From assembly GCA_052327205.1 (NCBI GenBank), contig CM126212.1, forward strand, positions 187,798,001 to 187,862,000: DNA of 64,000 nt, written 5' to 3'. Shown here piece after piece: positions 13,301 to 22,300 of the stretch (the stretch's first letter is position 1; each line of letters opens with the position of its first letter). The DNA comes from Somniosus microcephalus. Its lineage: Eukaryota. Position numbers and translations under genes: made by a program. The notes under the pieces were generated by a model. It was not told where the DNA came from and made no database searches. It saw only the letters and a program-made list of their open reading frames with translations.

Positions 13301-16300
13301 AGACGAAAGCAACGCAGAATACTTGGTCGAACTGCGTAGACTAGCGAAATACTGCCAGTTTGGAGGGAATCTGACAGAGGCATTGCGAGACAAGTTCGTG
13401 TGCGGGTTGGCAAAGGAAGGAACGCAAAAGCGACTACTCGAAGAGAACGACCTTACACTTGACAGGGCTGTCCTTATTGCAGCATCGCACGAAGCCGCAG
13501 CGAAGGGAACTGCGGAAATGCAGCTAAAGACAGCAGCACTAAGTGTGGATCAAATTACCTCGACAACAACAAAATGCTATCGTTGTGGGAAGACAACACA
13601 CGACCAGAACCAATGCTGGTTTAAGAACCAGGAATGTAGGAAATGTGGCAAACTGGGTCACATAGCTAAGGTATGCCGGTCAGGGAAGAAGACCAACAAC
13701 CAAAGGACCAACAACCAAAGGAAGCCATCACAGGAAAGGTACAACAAGGTACACAAGGTGGCTGAGAAGAGTTCAGACGAACAGAATTCAGACTCAGACC
13801 CAAACGGCCAGGAGCTGGGTAGTCTGAGAATTCACAATGTGAGTAAGGAAGCTGACCTACAAACTATCTGGGTCATGCTGAAAATAGCTGGAATCCAAGT
13901 GAAAATGGAGTTGGACACTGGATCAGCTCTATCAGTCATAAATCGAAGGGATTACCACTGGCTATTCTCACATATACCCTTAAGAGATACCAAGTTCGTA
14001 TTGCAGACATACACGGGGCATAAAGTATACCCCATGGGAAAGATAAGAGTCAAAGTGAGAGATAGGGGTAAAGAACACCCAAGAATGAACTTATACGTAC
14101 TACATGAGGGAGGACCACCACTTCTATGACGGGAGTGGATCAAGAAAATAGACATGGAATGGCACTATCTAAAAGCCACAACGAGTGAGGACTCGGTGCA
14201 GACAAGCAGCTCAGATTCTGAAACGGATGACGATAAGACCAACCCAAATATGAAAGACAAGGCTGAAATGGACTTGCCGACGAAGGTTGGAAAAACGAAG
14301 GCATGCATAAAGGCTTATGCTCCAGAGAAGAACAAAGTTTCAGAACAGAACTCCACCGAACAACGACAACAATTAGAACAATTGAGTTACCGTCTCGTAC
14401 AAGAGATGAAAACAATGAAAAAGTTCTATGACACCGAATGGGAGAATCTGGAAAGACAACAGAAGCAGCTAGCTCAAGCAGAGAGCGACCATAGAGCCAT
14501 CGTGACCAATTACCGATCACATCTCCCTTATGATGTTCAGGAGTTAGAATATTTGCATGATCTAGAGATACAGCATAAAGGCAAACCACGCTACACTGAG
14601 GATTTTGTTCTGCAATTGGAGATGGAGCTAGTGCAGGCAAGGTTAAGAGAAGCTGAATCGCAGTGTGCACTTAAAGAGATGCAGAAAAAAATCTTGGACA
14701 TAGAAAAGAGAAACGCTTCTTTACCTGATGAGAATAATGTGGCCATGTTGCAAGAGGAGCTTATAGGGGCGAAACTGAAAGAAGCTAAGCAAGGGATGTT
14801 GGAACTTGAAACACAGAACCAAATCAGCAGTAACCAGCTATGTCGAGCAGAGAAGGAGTGCAATGGTCTACAGGAGAAGGTGCAATATCTCTCAGCCCAG
14901 AATAAGGGACTACTCACTCAGTTAAATGAAAGTAAAGGGAAAATGGCTGAGATAGACTGCAAGAATAAAGAAGATTTGATGGCAGTGAGACTTCGAGAGG
15001 CAGATAGCATAGCAGCCTTGGCTGAACTCCAACAGAAAATTGCGAAAGAAGCAAATGAAGAGGAATCTTCAGGAAGCCAGGATTTTATTCCAGTTCTTCT
15101 CTATGACTCCTTACAAGCAGAGTGTGAGAAGTTGAAAGAACAGTATGAACAGGCCCAGGCTACAATTCTGGAGGGGGTTAACTCGGCAACCTCCGAAAAG
15201 CTAGTTTCAGTAGAAGCATATGAGCAACTAAAGGTTGAACATGAGCAAGAAGTCCAAAGGCTGCAGGAAATTCTTGATGAGCTCAAGGCCAAGACAGACT
15301 CATCGGTAGAAGTTCCATCCATAGAGGAGAAATTAGAGGTGAAAGACATGGCAGAACATGAAAGGCAAGATGTCCAAGAACTCAGAAAATTATTGAAGGA
15401 AACCCAAGACAAATATGAGGCGGCAATGACCGAGGTTCAACAACTTGAAGAACAGATTCAACTGGGAACCCGTTCAGCGGAAGAAAAGGAAACTGTAAGA
15501 AACACAGAGACTGTAAGACATGAGCTAGAGAGCATCATGGCACAAGAGCTAGATAGCATCATGGCACAACTTCTCCGAGCGCTGAAAGCCAAAGTCCAAG
15601 AGGAAAAGAAGGTAAAAGCATTGGAGGAAAAGGTGGATGAAATGGAGAAGACTCTGATTCACAGTGTTCCCGCGGAAGAGTTAACGGTCAGCCAACTCCT
15701 TCATATGTTGAGGGACAAGACTCTGCAATGGGAACAATCTGAACACGAGCTTCAATCTTCAGAGGGAAGGAGTTCGGAGCTCTCAAAAGTTACGGATATA
15801 GCTGAGGGTGCAACACGGATTTTACTGGGATGCCAAAAGTACGCTGAATCACGTCAATGGGAACAACAGACTGTTGAAACAGATGCTCCAGTAGAAGGAT
15901 TGAATAGCCCGATCAATCAATCTCCGATGGAAGGGGAAGTATTGAAGTCATTAGTGAAGGATTTGCAGGAAACCCAGGAAGAGTGGGATGAATATGAACA
16001 CATAAAGAAGTCTCTTCAGGAAAGATGTCTAGGGAGGGAACAACAGTCGGCTAACGTCCAGTTGGGTAAGGAAGAAGTAGCAGGTCCTCTCGCTAGACTA
16101 GCTCAGGATGACACCGAATATTACCATGACCTGTTGAGTGACACGGAATATTACGAGGACTTGGTCTGCCCAGCTTGTGATGAAAACTCCCAAAGTGCAG
16201 AAATCAGGATGAAGCACTTAAAGTCTAAAGAACATAGGGAGATGGTGGCGCTACAGCTGGCAGCTGATAAGGGAGCCCCGAGAGTCTCCAAGAAGCAAAA

Positions 16301-19300
16301 AAGGAAAAGACGAAGCCGAAGCTGATAACCATCTAAATCATTATTACTTCTAATGGGAAAGTAGGGAAAAATTACGAAGGCAGTCCAGCTGTTTGTAAAA
16401 GTCAGCACTGCTGGTTCAGCAGGACGGAAGTTCATGCTGTTACGTCAAGGGAAAGACTATTGGATGAGTCACGCTAGCAATGTGAACCGGCTACACCACA
16501 GAGATATTGTTCGGACCGAGTCAAGACCAGAGACTGAATCTGTGAACTGTTCCCACAGAGACTGAACCTGTGAACTGTTTTCCGCAGAGACTATATCTGT
16601 AAATTGTTTTACATGAAGTTGAATATATGTTATGTTTAATGGGGAATACGTATGTTGTAAGCTAAAAAGGGAGGATTGTAGTGTATGTAACCGTCTACCT
16701 TTAAGAGACTATTGTATGTAACCGTTCACCTTTAAGAGAACTATTTTAGGTGTGGCACTACTTGTTTGGCTTCTGTATACGGTAATACCGACGGTGACCA
16801 CACCGGTATATAAGTGCTGTGGCATGATTTATAGGGCAGATTCGCCCTGACCTTCGAATAGTAAAGTCCTGTTTGTTTGTTACCCCTGAAGTCTGTGTCG
16901 TTATTAACTGCACAACCCACAGACTTTACAGGGACCCCCCCCCGCCTGGTTCCCAACGCCTAGCCATTTTAACCCAGGTGTATCTGATGGTCCTGAATCA
17001 GTCCCGCCTGTCTTTAGGGCCCTTAAACAGCACTCATTGGCCTTTATAATCCCATTTTAACAGGCCCTTGCCTGTTTAACCCTTTTCCCACGTAAAACAT
17101 GCCTGGTGGGGATCATGCCTGTGAAACCTGGCGTGAACACTATTGGCTTGCTGACTATCAGCTGTAGGTCAACCATTAAAGAGGAGATTTGATCAGTCAT
17201 CATTTGTAGGTGGCAGGACTTGTTGTTTCAGGTCTGGGGCAAATTTACCAGGCTTAACCACACCTGTGGAAGGTTGGAGCCTCACACACTTCTCCAGTGT
17301 GACCTCCTGCGAAACCCCTCTTGCCTGCCTCACTCAGCGCTTCCTCAACTGAGGCATCTACCAGAAGCATGGGAGGCCTTTTTTTCCTTCCCTTCTTGGC
17401 ATTAGAGGACCTCCAGCCCCATTCGCGAAATGACACACGCCACAACTACAGAAGTTGCCATCAGAATTTTTATGCAAAACAAACAACTGATGGCATTTTT
17501 ACAGAATACACAACATTTCACCCAAGTGACTACCCTTGTGACTATTTGTGCTTTATTTTCCTCTTACGCATGCTCCTACGTAGTGGTTCCCCTGTGGCTT
17601 CAGCAGATGTGGAGGCCCCTTGCTCACTTTCCTGCTGCTCCTGTCTCGACACCTTTGGCGGGCGTCCTCTGGGGTGGCGAGGCTGTGAGGGCTCGTCAGC
17701 AGTCTGCTGCTCCTGCGGCTGTGCAGGAGTTGAGACGTCTATCTCAGTTGGGTATGGAGTTCGGCGGGGCTCTGACCGAGGGCTCGGCAGTGGCATGGAA
17801 GTGTGAGCGCTTGGAGAGGAGCCCCCACTTCCTTGAGGGCTGCCACCAACCTCCCTCTCATGGGTCAGGTCCCCCTCAGCACCTGCAAGTGGCTTGAGAG
17901 CACCTTGCTGCACATCAGGGGGGTCATGGGGACCCGTATCGGCAATGGCAGTCCTACTCAGAAGGACTTCCATGAAGGTCTGGTTTCTCTGTTCAATAGA
18001 TGCCCATCGCTCCTCAAGAGATGTCATTCTATTCTGAACACTCACCATGTTTTCCATACCCTGGCGACTAACCTCCTCCATGGCCGTAGCCCTCCTCTCC
18101 TCTACCGTAGCCAGTCTTACCACGGAGGCAGCAATCATTTCCACATAGGTAGCCATCCTTTCCGTGTTGATGTGTTCATGCGCCAATGACTCCACAAAGG
18201 CTCTGCTCATGTTTGCTATGGACTCCTCCATTCGCTCCACACTCGCAGCGACCCTAGAGACAAAACCTGCCAGAGACTCCTGCATCTGTGCCTGGACCCA
18301 GAGGCAGAGGGTCGACATGCAGCTGAGCCGAGCTGGCAGAGTCCTGCGCCCTCCGACGAGGACTCTCCACTGCTGTCCCTGTCTCCACAATCTGCTGATG
18401 CTCACTTGTGAGCTGTGATACACCAGATGACAACTCTACTCTATGTCCCGAAGGTCCCACCGAGGTGTGAGTGTCTGCGCTGGTGCTGGGTGCACTTATT
18501 TCTGCTGACGCTGCGCCCTTAGGGGTTGCAGATTCCTCTGAGGAGTCTAGCTGCTCAGGCTCTTCCTCCTGCACACTGGGGACGGGGACTCTCGATGGTC
18601 CTGTGGGGGAGTCAAGGAAAAAGTTAGAGATGTGATGCCAAGGTTACATGCACATTGCATTTTGCAGATGATCATAAGTCCATATGATGTAGCTTCAGAA
18701 TCATTATCAGCGACTCATGCAATGCCAGTGAGAGAGATGGAAAACTATTCTGTCACCAGCTTGTGGGGATGCACCTGTCTCTCCTTCCCCAACTCCCACA
18801 TCTCTGTCAGCCCCGACAATCTCCAGGACGCCTTCCTCCCAGAGGGTGAGCTGGGCTAATGAGGGCGGCCCTCCTCCTGTCCTGGCACGCTCTCTCCTGT
18901 TGTGAGCTCTCTTTTCCTGCAATGAGGGAGACAAGTGGAGGTTGAGTGAGAATGAAGGAGTGCAGAGATTGCATAGCATAGATACTTAGAAGGAGACAAA
19001 GATGGAGTGAGGTTGCAAGACCAAGGGCCCTCCCTGTGTGTTGTCAGTTGTGTTCAAAGCATCAGACTGATAGGGAGTGTGAGGGCTGCATGGTCAAATA
19101 GTTAGGTGAATGTGAGCATAGAGAGAGAGGGAATGGGTAAGGGTGCATGGATGTGAGTGTCAAGTGGGATGTGGAGGAAGAGATTGCTAAAGCTGAGTGC
19201 TGGTGAGGAAACTTCATACAGTACTTACTTTTCCAGTGCGATGAAGGTCATGGAATCTTTTCCTGCACTGCATCCAGGTGCGCCGTGTGAGCCCCAAGGA

Positions 19301-22300
19301 GTTGACTTCCCCAGCCACCTGTAGCCACACAGCCTTGGTCTGACTGGGAGGCCTCTTCCTCCCTGAAGAAGGGAACGGGACCTCCCTGTGGGCCCTAGCA
19401 CCATCCAGCAATGCCTGGAGTGAAGCCTCATCAAATTTTGGGGCAGCCCTTGCCTTCCCTCTGGCCGTTGCTCCTGCAGGCTCCTGTGCCATCTCAATGG
19501 TGAAGTTTGGAAGCCTGCAGAAGAAGCAAGGCTTGCTGTGGGCCCTCAAAGCAGCAGCAATGATGATGTCATATTCTGTGACTTTCTGACTGGAAATACT
19601 CAATTGCCAAGGGTTCCCACACGTTGGAAATCAATTGGCCAATTGAGTTAAAATTGCATCAATCTCACAGACCCATTTAGATTCGTGTGGGAAACACCAA
19701 ATTCGGGGAACCCGACAATTCCCCGCACCTGAGTTAAAATCGAGCCCTATATATCCAATTTTGCTGATGATACAAAGCTGGGTGGGAATGTAAGTTGTGA
19801 GGAGGATGCAAAGAGGCTTCAAGGGAATATCGACAGGCTAAGTGAGGGGGGGAAGAACATGGCAAATGGAATATAATGTGCAGAAATGTGAAGTTATCCA
19901 CTTTGGTAGGAAAAATAGAAAAGTAGAGTATTTTTTAAATGGTGAGAGATTGGGAAATGTTGGTGTTCAGAGGGACCTGGGTGCCCTTGTACACGAATCA
20001 CTGAAAGTTAACATGCAGGTACAGCAAGCAATTAAGAAAGCAAATGGTATGTTGGCCTTTATTACAAGAGGATTTGAGTATAAGAGTAAAGACGTCTTAC
20101 TGCAATTATATAGGGCCCTGGTGAGACCACAGCTGAAGTATTGGGTACAATTTTGATCTCCTTACCTAAGGAAGGATATACTTGCCATAGAAGGAGTGCA
20201 ACGAAGGTTCACCAGACTGATTTCTGGGATGGGAGGATTATCCTATGAGGAGAGATTGAGTAGACTGGGCTTATATTCTCTGGAGTTTAAAAGAATGAGA
20301 GGTGATCTCATTGAAACATACAAAATTCTTACTGGGCTTGACAGGGTAGGTGCAGGGAGGATGTTTCCCCTGGCTGGAGAGTCTAGAACCTGAGGTCACA
20401 GTCTCAGGATAAGGGTTCGGCCATTTAGGACTGAGATGAGGAGACATTTCTTCACTGAGGGTGGTGAACCTTTGGAATTCTCTACCCTAGAGGGCTGTGG
20501 AGGCTCAGTCGTTGAGTATATCCAAGACAGAGATCGATAGAGTTTCCGATATTAAGAGAATCAAGGGATATGGGGATAGTGCAGGAAAGTGGAGATGAGG
20601 TAGAAGATCAGCCACAATCTTATTGAATGGCGGAGCAGGTTTGAGGGGCCGAATGTTCTTTTGTTCCTCCTACTTACCGTCTTGCTGCCAGGAGGCCAGC
20701 TGGGCCAAAGCTGGCAGGCTGCCCCAGGGCGCTCGATTATCTAGCCACCGCCCACCGGCCCAGTGTTAATGAGGCCCGGATCTCAAAAATAAAACTGAGT
20801 ATTATTTAATTATAATTTGCTAATCTGTTGTCAAATAACTCAGTAACTGGTTGAAAGTAAATCCTCCAAATGAAATTCAGCTTTCCTGCATTGCTGGAGA
20901 ACTTCAGTATAAAAGCACAAAAGTATACATAATTTATATCACAGCCCTAAGATGTGGACATATTTTTAAGTACTAAACTGAATGCTGCAAAGGTAGGAGT
21001 GAGTGAATAGAATAATGAAAAAATTGCTGCTAAATGTTATTTTCTTTGTTTCTAGGCCCGATGGAATAGGAACTGTAACAGTGGAAGAAAAAGAACGTTT
21101 CGAGGAGATCAAGGAGAGACTGCGCTTACTACTTGAGAATCAGATTACTCACTTTAGGTGAATACAAGCAGATAGAAATGTGAAGCTAGCTGATACACTT
21201 TCTACTTATTGCAAGTAACAAGGCTGTTTGATTTTAGGGATGAGTACAGAAACAGACAACTTAATATCTCTCAGAACACGCCATTCTGATAAGAATACCA
21301 AAGACTTACAGCAGCAGCTTTACTGGGCAGAGCAGACTGGGATATCTTCCTCCACATTACTTCTTTTGACCATTGGCTTATGCACTACTCTGCTTTCTCC
21401 CCTTAATTGACAGCTATGTGCCTCTGGGTGTCTCCTGTTCTTTCTCCAGCCACCTGACTGCGCAGCCCTTATTGACAACCAGTGATTTATTTTATGTGGA
21501 ATAGCTGACAGATTTTAAGACATAGCGGGCTAGAAATGTATTCATACCGGCCTGCCAGCGCAAGCTGGGCACAAGGATTGATCCTTGTGCCTGAACGGGT
21601 AGGCCCGAGGCGCACCCGATATTGGGCCCCATTTAAATGACACCAGTAAACTGCAGACAACTGCTGGGCATCCCAGGCAGCTCGCTGGCGAAGAGGCTTT
21701 GAATTTCGGGCCGCTGTGTTGCCGATAGCAGCCCTTAGGTCAGTGCTTAAAGGGGAAGGTGATCAGGAGAGGGTGCCAATCGGGAAGGGGAGCGACCAGG
21801 AGAGAAGGATCGATCAGGAGAGGGGTGACCACGAAAGGTAAGGACAATTGGGGTTGGTGGGTGGAGGCGGGGGGGGGGTGTCGAGGCGGAAATTGGAAGT
21901 GAGTCGAGGCATCATCGTGAGTAGGTGAAAGTGGTGGCCAGCAGTGGCCCACAATTTTAATATGGAGTCGGGTGGAGCACTCCTGCCCCTCCCGGCTTCA
22001 CATTCAGGTATGTATTTTTTACAAACTTACCTTTTTGGTGGCTGCCTGTAGCAGTCACTTTAAGGACAACTGGTTAAACCACATGCAGACCTGGCTTTCC
22101 CAAACGCAGCCAGTGCTGTGTTCAGGGCAACTCAATTTTACACTGGGGACCTCAAACAAGCATAAGGCCCCTTATTTGCATATTCAAAGGACCTAACGCT
22201 TGTTTCAAGCGAGGGCCCTGGCCACCTATATTTTTGCCTACAACAATATGGCGCACTTCCAGCTCATAATGAACATGCACTTCCTATCCACCATAATAGA

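Larger units (their letters stand above)
11797..16930 (+). mobile_element. Non-autonomous Ty3/gypsy LTR retrotransposon with a captured host-gene mosaic in place of pol
   Basis: TG...CA LTRs at 11797-12050 and 16677-16930; TSD GGGAC at 11792-11796 and 16931-16935; PBS, PPT and gag-PR ORF present; no RT (YxDD), RNase H or integrase core. Confidence 0.95.
11718..19747 (-). mobile_element. PIF/Harbinger DNA transposon without an intact transposase (about 2.9 kb after removing the nested LTR element)
   Basis: 19-bp TIRs gggcttgattttaactcag (11718) and ctgagttaaaatcgagccc (19747), one mismatch; 3-bp flanks aat/tat; splits the CR1 RT; carries a Myb/SANT gene. Confidence 0.85.

Noticed and set aside
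14154-16325. Second ORF as an env gene or as a native host gene
   Set aside because: No signal peptide, transmembrane segment or fusion-type motif. It is intronless, lies between LTRs and is in frame with gag-PR.
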